From NCBI RefSeq assembly GCF_006345805.1, contig NW_021825243.1, positions 1 through 16,204 on the forward strand: DNA of 16,204 nt, in the 5' to 3' direction. The notes under the pieces were generated by a model. That model had not been told where the DNA came from. It saw nothing but the letters and a program-made list of their open reading frames with translations, and ran no database searches. This DNA comes from Octopus sinensis. Its lineage: Eukaryota. Each line of letters starts with the position of its first letter. Position 1 is the stretch's first letter. This document shows positions 1 to 8,496 of the stretch, in pieces. The position numbers and the translations under genes were made by a program.

Positions 1-313
1 CGCGTAATATCGCGAGTGAAATGCGCTGAAAAAGCCAGCTAGACTCACGTCTCTCGTGACTTTTCCTCGAGATCATCAAACCGATCTCCGAAAGGAACTT
101 CAGGGCTTTTGGGCCGATTATCCCACTCGTCTCGAAAGTCAGGGGGACGAAAAGGCAGGTGTTCTTCAATGAGGCGAACTTTGCGATTTTTTTCGTTTTG
201 GCATGTGCGGAAGCTGAGCCAGGGCTGGACGCAGAGTCGATGAGAGATGACGAGGAAAACGAGTCGACACAGGTGACGTCCCAAACGAGAGCGAGTCCCC
301 CCTTGAACGGGAA
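1..313 (-). mobile_element. C-terminal restriction-like endonuclease (RLE) domain of a CRE-type non-LTR retrotransposon; 5'-truncated, continues past the window edge
   Basis: A stop-free minus frame without an ATG (absent from the ORF track) reads FPFKGGLALVWDVTCVDSFSSSSLIDSASSPGSASAHAKTKKIAKFASLKNTCLFVPLTFETSGIIGPKALKFLSEIGLMISRKSHERRESSWLFQRISLAILR(G). This follows the WD-x-TC-x-D / K-x-x-K-[YF] / F-x-P-x-x-x-ET-x-G / QRIS-x-A-I-x-RGN pattern of CRE-type RLEs. The upstream R-P-D-G motif is absent and AT-rich DNA starts at about 314. About 52% GC over 1-300 by hand count. Confidence 0.8.
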
Positions 314-670
314 CTTGTTTTTGTTTTTTGATTCAATGTCGACGAAACAAGAGAAAGAATTTTCACACTTATATAAGAACAGAAATAATATTTTGTCACA
401 GTCCGTTTATAAAACCCGCCCATTTTGTTACCTATCGATTTTATCGATTAATCTGTATTATTAGGGCCCAACAATCATACTTTATTTATTATTTGATGAG
501 TGGTTTCATTTTTTGATATTTTTCGAAAGTCTGTTAGGTAACAAAACCAACCGCACTAGACAACTATAAATAACGTAGTAGCAACGTAACAATTTATTAT
601 ATATAAAGGCTTTTAATTATATTTAGTGCTTATAAAATGTGTATTTTAATAAATAGAAAATAATTAAAAC

Positions 671-879
671 AACCCCTAACTCTAATTCCAACGTATACCT
701 GACGCCTAGCCCAGGACTTAGTTTCCACCCTAAACTGACTTTTATCTCCAAACCTAATCTAAACCCTAATCCTAATCTAAACCCTAATCTAAACCCTAAT
801 CCTAATCTAAACCCTAATCTAAACCCTAATCCTAATCTGAACCCTAATCCTAATCTAAACCCTAATCTAAACCCTAATC
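671..879. repeat. Telomere-like hexamer array (TTAGGG variants) with a 30-bp higher-order unit
   Basis: The core at 755-879 is built from 12-mers (TAATCT AAACCC) and 18-mers (TAATCC TAATCT AAACCC) in the order 12,18,12,18,12,18,18,12. It contains eight CCCTAA motifs. Degenerate 6-nt periodicity extends left to about 671, and a remnant continues at 1983-1991 beyond the inserted hAT. Confidence 0.9.
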
Positions 880-1153
880 CAGCGGTTCTCAACCGTGGTC
901 CCCGGGGACCACTAGTGGTCCCCAGAAAATTTTTAGTGGTCCCCAGGAATTTTCGAAAAATAAAAATATATTAAAGTTAAAACTAATTGTACAATTAAGT
1001 ATAAATCAAAAACATTGAAATTAATCAAGCGGTTTTCAATCGTGGTCCCCAGAAAATTTTTAGTGGTCCCCAGGAATTTTCGCAAAATAACAATATATTA
1101 AATTTAAAACTAATTGTACAATTAAGTATAAATCAAAAACATTGAAATTAATC
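880..1153 (+). repeat. Tandem duplication of the Buster-1 left end
   Basis: Copy 1 is 880-1026 (147 bp). Copy 2 is 1027-1153 (127 bp), lacks the 20-bp palindrome GGGGACCACTAGTGGTCCCC, and starts with a degenerate TIR AAGCGGTTTTCAATC. Confidence 0.9.
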
Positions 1154-1185
1154 TGATTTGATTAGCGTGGTTTATCATTCTAGTT

Positions 1186-1783
1186 ATGGTTAACAAGAAT
1201 CGTCGTCTTTGGTCGGATTCTTACGTACAATTTGGATTCACTAAATTCATTGCCCCAAATAATGAAATAAAGGCAAAATGCATGATTTGCCATAAAATTT
1301 TGGGAAACAATTTACTGAAACCTTCTCAACTTAGGCGCCACAAAGAGTCTGTACACCCAGAAAATTCCTGTTGAAGACCCAATTCCAAACTGGATCGTTC
1401 AACCTTTCTTGACCTCATTTAAAGAATATCAGGAACTCAATTTTCAGCAGAGCTTGATTGAACTTCAATGTAATCAGTCTGCTCAGATTATTTTCAAATG
1501 TACTTCATTATTAGATTTTTGGTATTCTCATTAATAATTACTTTTTATTGTTAGGTGTCAGATGGCAAAAGAATTTTCCATTTTGAGTAAAACTGCATTG
1601 GAATCAATACTTGCATTCCCCACTACTTATCACTGTGAAATGGCGATGTCGTGTCTGACTTTTCTAAAAACAAAATATAGAAATAGACTACGGGTACAAG
1701 ATGATATGCGAGTAGCTTTGTCGAACATAGAGCCTGATATAAGTAAAATTATTCTGAGCAAACAAGATCAGAAATCTCACTAA
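1186..1783 (+). pseudogene. Buster-1 transposase remnant: BED zinc finger fused to the hATC dimerisation region, catalytic core deleted, one 33-nt intron
   Basis: 1186-1360 encodes a BED finger (KCMIC...LRRHKESVH). After a junction near 1362, another frame reads FPVEDPIPNWIVQPF...SLLDFW. A GT-AG intron at 1522-1554 joins this to CQMAKEFSILSKTALESILAFPTTYHCE...KTKYRNRL...SH-stop. Confidence 0.9.
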
Positions 1784-1991
1784 ATTACTATTAAATTTTC
1801 TGTTATTTTCATAATGTTCATGTTATTTTTATAATAAATATTCGAACATGTCTAAACCTGGCCCTGGCGAGGCCAAAAATTGTGCGCTAATACCAAAAAA
1901 TGTTTATTTTATTTAAGGTGGTCCCCACAAAATTTTATAGTGCAAAAGTGGTCCCCAGTCTAAAAAAGGTTGAGAACCGCTGCCCTAATCC

Positions 1992-2025
1992 TTAATACTT
2001 AAAAAGTTTTAATACTTAAAAAGTT
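1992..2025. repeat. 17-bp tandem duplication TTAATACTTAAAAAGTT x2
   Basis: Exact copies at 1992-2008 and 2009-2025, immediately right of the Buster-1 TSD. Confidence 0.8.
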
Positions 2026-2086
2026 AATGAAAATTTTAATTTTGAATAAATTTTTATAGAGTTAAATAAGTTATTTCTTAATTGTT

Positions 2087-2741
2087 TTAAGTCTTGAGAT
2101 GTGTACATTTGGTACAATCTCCTTCTAAAAAATACTGATCGTTTTTCACACTGATGATCTTGTGTTTGCTGGAATCAATTCCGTCATATAACGGATATCT
2201 TGGCCGATTGGTGTCATTATCTGTACGTAGAAGTACAAGATCGCCTTCTGATGGCCTATCCTCATCGTTTTTCCATTTTCTTTTTTTATTCATTTTTTTA
2301 CCGCAAGAGACAATGTTTTTGAAAGCTTCCTTTCTCTTTTTCTCAAGTTCGTCATCACTGTCATTTTCCAAAACCTCTTTTTCTGTATCATCACTGTTAT
2401 GCCCCATAAGCTCTTTTCGGTGTGTTTCACTAACTGAATTGCAATTCTTGATTCCCATAAACAGAAAGAAAGGTATCTGCCTTGTCGTCGAGTGAATAGT
2501 GTAATTATAATCCTCGACAATATCTTTGATAATCTACCGATAGTCTCTGCAATCTCTATCCTTCTCAAATTATAATACTTGAGTAAGTAATCTCATCCTT
2601 AAAGACAATTGATCTGGCTATTCTCTTAAGCCGCATTCGCTGGAACTTGCTCTTGTTATCGAAGACACTCAAATCCTCTTCATTGGACTTGAATTCTTTG
2701 ATAATTTCCAATTCTTCCCTAGAAAGTGTCACCTGACGCAT
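2087..2741 (-). pseudogene. Integrase-related transposase remnant of the Ginger-like element (N-terminal and post-catalytic parts; rve core missing)
   Basis: An ATG at 2741 opens MRQVTLSREELEIIKEF...MRLKRIARSIVFKDEITY, followed by frameshifted sequence to YGIK. ORF 2458-2087 contains NSVSETHRKELMG...KRKEAFKNIVSCGKKM...EGDLVLLRTD. By recalled similarity this resembles the post-core segment of KRBA2/SCAND3/Ginger-type integrases. No D,D35E core is visible. Confidence 0.55.
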
Positions 2742-2989
2742 TAAATCACGCTGCGTTAAATTTAATTATTTTATCAGTTTTAATAAAAATTTATACATAA
2801 ATAAACGACTTGTTCCTTAAAATTATTTTTTTTCTTATTTTTTTTGTAATATTTGCTACAAGGTAACAAAATGGGCGGATTTCAGAATGGGACTGTGACA
2901 TATTTTTATTGCTTTTTTAAAAATTTGAAGGATAAAAGTCTTTAATAGAAATCCAGAACATATTTGTCGACAATTCAGCAAATTTAATT

Positions 2990-3880
2990 GGTACTTTTGT
3001 CGAAGTGGTCGCAGTTTTTTTAGGCCTTTTAAAAAATCTAATAATTTTTGAGGTGGAATATATTATATTTTATTTAAGTCGCTCTATCAATAATTTAAAA
3101 TATTATTAAATTTTTTACTAATTTATTTTCAAATTTTTTTAATATTATGGCGAGCATGTACCTAATATTGATATAAACTGGCACTATAGGTCACATGGAA
3201 AATTCTGTTGTGTGACTTATTGCAAACATCAATTTCCGACAGCTCCCAATAAGTAAGGAGGATGCAGTGCATTTTCTGCAAAATGTGGCCAAACGGAAAA
3301 ACAACTCTGGAAGAGTTTTACCAAAACAGTGGGTCTTCGGTGGTATTTTGTCGAGCCACCAAACAGTGTTTTCTGCAACCAGTCGCGGATAGGAGCAGAG
3401 AAACCCTGCTCATTCTAGTAATTCGATATGTCGAGGTTGGGAAGCATTATTTATAGTGACTGCTGGAAAGGTTAGGTGGATCCAACGACGGGAGTGCACA
3501 CCCAGACAGTAGAACGAATGTGGGGAAGTGCAAAATGCAAGAATAAAGCTCAAAGAGGAGCTGTAAGACATCATCTGGGATCTTATTTCGCAGGTTTTTT
3601 TTAGTTAGTTATTTTCAGAATTTATGTGGCGAAAACAAATACAGAACTATAAGGATGTTTTGCACAGATTGTAAAAGACATAAATTCCTTCTACAGTCCT
3701 GGAATTTGGGATGCCGCGTACTAAAAATGACTAAATTGGTTAAATAAATTTTTAAATAATTTTAATAACCATTTAAATTATTGATAGAGGGTTATAAAAT
3801 TAAATAATCTATTTTTCACTAAAAAAATTAATTAATTTTAATTATCTTCTAAAAAAACTGCGACCACTTCGACAAGTACC
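2990..3880 (+). mobile_element. Merlin (IS1595/ISXO2-like) DNA transposon, internally deleted
   Basis: TIRs: GGTACTTTTGTCGAAGTGGTCGCAGTTTTTTTAG (2990-3023) versus 3849-3880, identical except for two extra Ts in a run. An 8-bp TSD ATTTAATT flanks it (2982-2989, 3881-3888). A further 18-bp perfect inverted match at 3082-3099/3772-3789 is in register with the ends. Confidence 0.92.
3147..3724 (+). pseudogene. Merlin transposase remnant with a 25-nt intron
   Basis: Reconstructed: SKEDAVHFLQ...KRKNNSGRVLPKQWVFGGICRATKQCFLQPVADRSRETLLILVIRYVEVGSIIYSDCWKGY / VDPTTGVHTQTVERMWGSAK...HHLGSYFA|EFMWRKQ...stop at 3722-3724. The first catalytic Asp region (VEIDE) and the H-x-x-VNHS segment are deleted. 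Intron at 3594-3618. Confidence 0.88.
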
Positions 3881-4149
3881 ATTTAATTTTTAATGTGCGG
3901 TCATATCAAAGTTGTCTTTTTTTAAGGTAAGTTGATAGTCACATGATTCTTGAAATAGATTTCTAATCTGTGTATCCTTTGCAATAATAAAACATTTCTA
4001 AATTTTTAAGTTTATCATGATTTTTCAAATATTTAACTTTGGTTTAAATGCGAGGATTTTATCGAGGATTTTTATGTTAACAAATGTTTTAAATTTGAAG
4101 AATGTTTTAAATTGAAAAAAAATGATTTGATTTTTAATTTTTGTAAAAT

Positions 4150-4890
4150 TTCCTCTTATACTCAAAATTAATAATCTGGCAATAGACCGCTAATTAGTAA
4201 TTAAAAAATCAGACAATGAAACAAAATACATTTTTTTTATTAATACCTGATTAAATTCAGAATCTGAATCATTTCCATGTCAATGGTCTTAAATTAACGG
4301 TTTGCAGTTTTTTGGAGATTAACACTTTATTTGTGGGACATATGTTAATAATATTTGTAGATGTAACTTGTCGTTTTCATATCATTTTAATTAGTATTGT
4401 TTTTCTATTTTAATTTAATACGAATTCATTATTTTGATACATGAGATATTTGCCGATATTTATAATCTAGTCTCTCGAGTCAATATCATTTTTTTGTTTA
4501 ATGTATTCAAATTTTACAGAATTTTTATTAACTGCGTCAATTGTATATTTAATTTACAATCTGTTCAGTATCCTTAGTCAATTTTGAAGAATCTTGTTTG
4601 CTTACTATAATTAATTTGACAGATGCGAATGCATTTAGATTTCTACAAATAATTCTATCAATTAGAAAATTGGTTAAGATAAGTCGTGAAGGGTTTTTTG
4701 TTCAATTTTCGTCAGTAGTATGTTACAGATGTATACACCTCTAAATGTAAAAAATGTGAGCCTTTAAACGAATAACATTTGCCAAAGCAAAACAGTTTTA
4801 ATACTAATACAAGGGAAACACAATCCTCAAATTCAAATGTCTCGTTTGAACACTAAATAATGGCCTCTTATTAACTGTTAATAATTAAAT
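4150..4890 (-). other. Possible unidentified host gene obscured by frameshifts
   Basis: A long, mostly open minus-strand stretch reads TNFLIDRIICRNLNAFASVKLIIVSKQDSSKLTKDTEQIVNKYTIDAVNKNSVKFEYIKQKNDIDS...IINIGKYLMYQNNEFVL, with GT-AG intron-like segments nearby. There is only a faint resemblance to nucleotidyltransferase/eIF2B-type folds. Confidence 0.3.
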
Positions 4891-6006
4891 CATATCGACC
4901 GCATTAAAAAAAAATCATACACACGCGTCCGCAATAAGAAAAAAATTCAATTTCTTTTTAAATTTTAAATTTGAGGCTAAATTTTAAATTTGATTGTTTG
5001 GTCAAAGCTTATAAACCCATTTATTTTTTTGCATAAGAAGAGCGGATTTTATAAGAGCGATGAGTGATTTGTTCAATAATCGTTTAAATATTAATCTATA
5101 ATCAGAATTAAAGCTATTGCTCATTTCGGATCCTGATTCATGATTTTAAAGAGTAAAAGCTAATCAAAAACCAATGAAGTCAACTTCAAAAGATAATCAT
5201 TCTGTTATAAAAATACTAGAAATACATTTTACGTTTCAAACAAGCTATTATTTTAAAGTTTTTTTACTCATTCGAAAGACTCAGAAATTATCCAAGAATT
5301 TTCAAATGGATTTTCAATTACTTTTGGTGGACCTTTATTTTGTAATTTAACCGACACTTAAGTAACATTCAGTAAAAAATGGTTTTTAAGAAACACAGAT
5401 TTATATAAAAACATATTTTATGTATTATCAAACCTAAAAAGAGTATTCAAACGTTTCTTCCCTCTACTGTTGGTACAAATGATTTTTCACAAAATCTAAC
5501 TCAAACATTTGTTTCAGAAAATATTCAATTATATAAACTAAAGAATCCTGCCTTTATAAATTGTTTAATACTATTGGATTCAAGTTACTTTTAAAATCAA
5601 AATGTCAAAACAGTGTCAAAGTTTTGAGGGAAAGACGCGTTAATGAAATAATCGAATTGTTAATTAATGAAAAGATGTTTTTATTATAAATGAGACTAAC
5701 ATCGGTAAAAAAATATGTAAACATTTTTATTGAGAAAATAACATGTTCCACGTAATATCTTACTGCACATTTTTGGATTTTCAAGTCTTTTTGCTATTGC
5801 ACATTTTATTTACAGTCGTGTTTTAATGATAAAACTAAATTACTCTCTAGTAAATAGTCCAATTGCCTCCATTTTCTGAGAATATTCGATCTAGAAGAAA
5901 ATAATTGTAAAATAAAAAATCTACTAAAATAAATTTGAATGAAAATCTAAAAATTTCAAATGCAATTTTTTGTTTTTGGAGAGTTGTGACTAGTTTAATG
6001 CTAGAT

Positions 6007-8154
6007 AGTGTTTCTCAACGTTGGGCCCCAGGCCCACTTGTGGGCCTGAGAAATTTTGAAATGGGCCTGAAGATTTATTGGGGCCTGGAGTGGGCCTCAA
6101 GAAAATATGTTAATACTAATCTAATAAATCTTTATTCGTTTATTATTTTCAAATTGATTTGATTGTTTTTTATTTAATGATATTGTCATATTTAATTTAA
6201 TATTATAGGCCCTGATTTATAGTTCATGTCAAAGTACACAAGGAAAAAAGGAAGACTACACGCAAATACCAGACTGATTTTTTATTACTAGGCTTCATCC
6301 CATCAAGTGCTGATTCTAAGAGGCCTGAATGTGTGGACTGTGGCTTAGTAATGACAAATGTTTCCATGAAGAAATCAAAATTGTTCGCCCATCAACAGTT
6401 GAAGCATCCTGCTTCTGTTGGAAAGGAGCGCAGCTATTTCAGGAGAAAGTGGAGTTACGGCCAAAAGAATGCTCCAAAACTTTAGAATTCTGCTTAAAAA
6501 AAGCAAATGAGCATAATAACAAACACTAAAAGTCAGTTATGCAGTGAGTGAACTGGTTGCTAAGGTTGGGAAGCCCATACAATTGCAGAACGTCTGGTGA
6601 GCCAGCAATGTTGATCTGTGCTAAAGAACTGCTAGGAGAACAGGCTGCACACACATTCTACAAAAAATCCCATTGTCTAATGACACAGTGAAGAGAGGCA
6701 AATTGAAATGGCAGAAACCTCGAGAAACAGCTTGTGGAAAAATTAAAGTTTCTAAGTTCTCACTACAATTGATGAGACAACAATCAACAATTCTGCTTAT
6801 TACTTACTTATGTCCGATATATTGATGCAATGGCAATTCATGAAGAAATGTTATTTATAAAAAAGTTGATTGACACACGACGAAGCGACACTATATATGC
6901 GGCTGTTTACGACTATCTGTACGATAATGGGATCCCTCTGTCAAATCTGTTGCAGATTGCAACAGACGGTTGCCAGCGCTATGACCGGCAAACAGAATGG
7001 CTTTGTAGCTAAATTAAAAAAGTTTGCCCCTCATATATTGGCAATTCATTGCATCATCCATCGAGAACATCTTTTGCTAAATCTCTCAATGATGACATGG
7101 AACATGCATTGAAAGTCGCTGTTTCACAGTGAATTTTGTCAAGCCAATGCTTTGCATGACCGCCTATTTCAACATTTTGTGAACATGAGGACCACCAGAG
7201 ACTCTCATGCACACTGAAGTGAGATGGCTTTCCAAAGGAAATTCCCTAGTTCGTCTGCTGAAATGTGGGATATGGTTCTTATTTTTGTTCATGACATGAA
7301 AACACAAGCTTGTAGCAAGAAGCAGAAAGATAAAGCTGAACTTTGTTTCAGTGATAAATAACAACGATAACAAAGCAAGGATTTTTTACCTGGCTGACTT
7401 ATTCGCACATGTCAACCAACTGAACATGACACTGCAAGGGCGAAATGCTAATCTGATAGATAGTGCTGAGAAGTACGCTCTTTTTTGAACAAGTTATGTC
7501 TCTGGAAGATGCCTTCAAAAAAATGAATTTGCTTATTTTTGTAATTTTGCCAAAACTGCTCCAGCTCAGAAGTAATCGCAAGCTGCACTGACCACTTGAA
7601 ATGCTTGAAAGAAGATATGACTAGAAGATTTAAAGATATCATCGAAATGAATCCGCCTAGTTGGATTATAGATATAGCACATTTTGACGTATTAAGTGAA
7701 AAGACATTGATCCTATTATTGCTGGAGAACTTCTTGAACTGAAGGAGAACAAAGTATTAATGAAAATATTGAAGGGATGGCTTATATGGATGGATGAAAG
7801 TAGAATCGATTCATCCATTACTCTTTTTGAAAAAGTTGTTCCGTTTGTACTTGGCTTTCCCACCACTTGGTTGGTTGAGACGGATTTTCTGCACAAACGA
7901 TTTACTCACAAAAAACGCAATCATTGCAGATTGAGAAAGAGGAGACTTCGTTTGAGGTTGAACCAAGATCTGGAAATTCAACTTGACAAATTGATAGATA
8001 GACATCAGAGCAGTGTAGTCATTGACATTTTAATAAGATTTTTTATGTTAATAAAAATACTTTTTGTTTAATCAAAGTTTTATTAAAGGCAATGGGCCTG
8101 AGATTTTATATGACCCTGAAAATGGCCTCAGGAAAAAAAGGTTGAGAAACACTG
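6007..8154 (+). mobile_element. hAT Buster-type DNA transposon, apparently full length (Buster-2)
   Basis: TIRs: (C)AGTGTTTCTCAAC at 6007, with the first C missing, and GTTGAGAAACACTG ending at 8154. An 8-bp TSD TGCTAGAT (5999-6006, 8155-8162) fits nnnTAnnn. Subterminal TGGGCC repeats occur at both ends. Confidence 0.95.
6226..8025 (+). CDS. Buster-2 transposase (about 600 aa, ZBED5/Charlie-like); frame broken by many 1-nt indels
   Basis: Reassembled across frameshifts: BED finger (ECVDC...HQQLKH), GKPHTIAERLVKP, catalytic DETT, ATDGASAM, HCIIHREHL, HTEVRWLSKG, YLADLF, FPTTWLVETGFS, and KRNRL...RLRL...CSH-stop (8023-8025). No substitution-derived stop codon or intron is needed. Confidence 0.88.
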
Positions 8155-8496
8155 TGCTAGATCACTACATTTTTGGTGGAACGTTTTGTTTTAATTTTTC
8201 ATAACATTGAGGCAAAAGTCGGAATTTAAAGCCGAAAACGTCAATCTTTTATGATTTAAAAAATTATTGCCGAAACTTTTTTAGAACTACATTTTGTCAT
8301 CTTTTGTTTTTAATCAACATGATTGACTTTTAGGTGTTCAAGTTTTGCTATTTTGGTCATCTCTGTAGTTAGAATATAATAAAATTACTGGTAAAAATAC
8401 TAAATTTTTTTGATAAAAAATTACTTGCATTTTTAGAAAATTTTTTGGAAATTTTAATTATTTTTGATATAAAGAAATGGTTAACCTATAATTTTA

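Larger units (their letters stand above)
880..1982 (+). mobile_element. hAT Buster/Charlie-type DNA transposon, non-autonomous deletion derivative (Buster-1)
   Basis: Perfect 15-bp TIRs: CAGCGGTTCTCAACC (880-894) and GGTTGAGAACCGCTG (1968-1982). Perfect 8-bp TSD CCCTAATC (872-879, 1983-1990), fitting the Buster nnnTAnnn target consensus. Subterminal GTGGTCCCC motifs at 895, 904 (reverse), 915, 936, 1042, 1063, 1918 and 1948. Confidence 0.95.
394..2900 (-). mobile_element. TIR DNA transposon, Ginger2/TDD-like (integrase-related), internally deleted
   Basis: 40-bp terminal inverted repeats at 394-433 and 2861-2900 are 35/40 identical without gaps, with TGT...ACA termini. A 5-bp direct repeat TATTT flanks both ends (389-393, 2901-2905). 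An extra AGGTAACAAAA subterminal copy lies at about 537-547. An integrase-like coding remnant is at 2741-2087. The TIR call is strong; the family assignment is moderate. Confidence 0.75.

Noticed and set aside
45-516. ORF-track entries 45-284(-), 159-464(+), 166-423(-) and 328-516(+)
   Set aside because: These are alternative-frame or antisense shadows of the RLE frame and the TIR region. The recognisable protein is in a different, ATG-less minus frame.
755-879. True chromosome telomere
   Set aside because: There is no run of pure TTAGGG, the array is short, and it is flanked by unique sequence on both sides inside a TIR element.
623-892. 89-aa minus ORF with GLGFRL repeats
   Set aside because: It is a by-product of the hexamer array, which has no stop in that frame, and its ATG lies inside the Buster-1 TIR.
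755-1153. CRISPR-like reading of the repeats
   Set aside because: The units are contiguous tandem repeats without unique spacers, no cas genes are present, and the context is eukaryotic with spliceosomal introns.
2154-2568. ORFs 2154-2495(+) and 2290-2568(-)
   Set aside because: The first is the antisense shadow of a Lys/Glu/Asp-rich frame. The second is largely an off-frame reading of the frameshifted integrase remnant.
4050-4117. Short tandem duplications CGAGGATTTT x2 and AATGTTTTAAATT(T)GAA x2
   Set aside because: Two-copy slippage repeats are common in AT-rich DNA and show no further structure.
5935-6162. 75-aa ORF
   Set aside because: It spans the TSD, TIR and subterminal repeats of Buster-2, starts at a non-ATG codon and has no recognisable motif.
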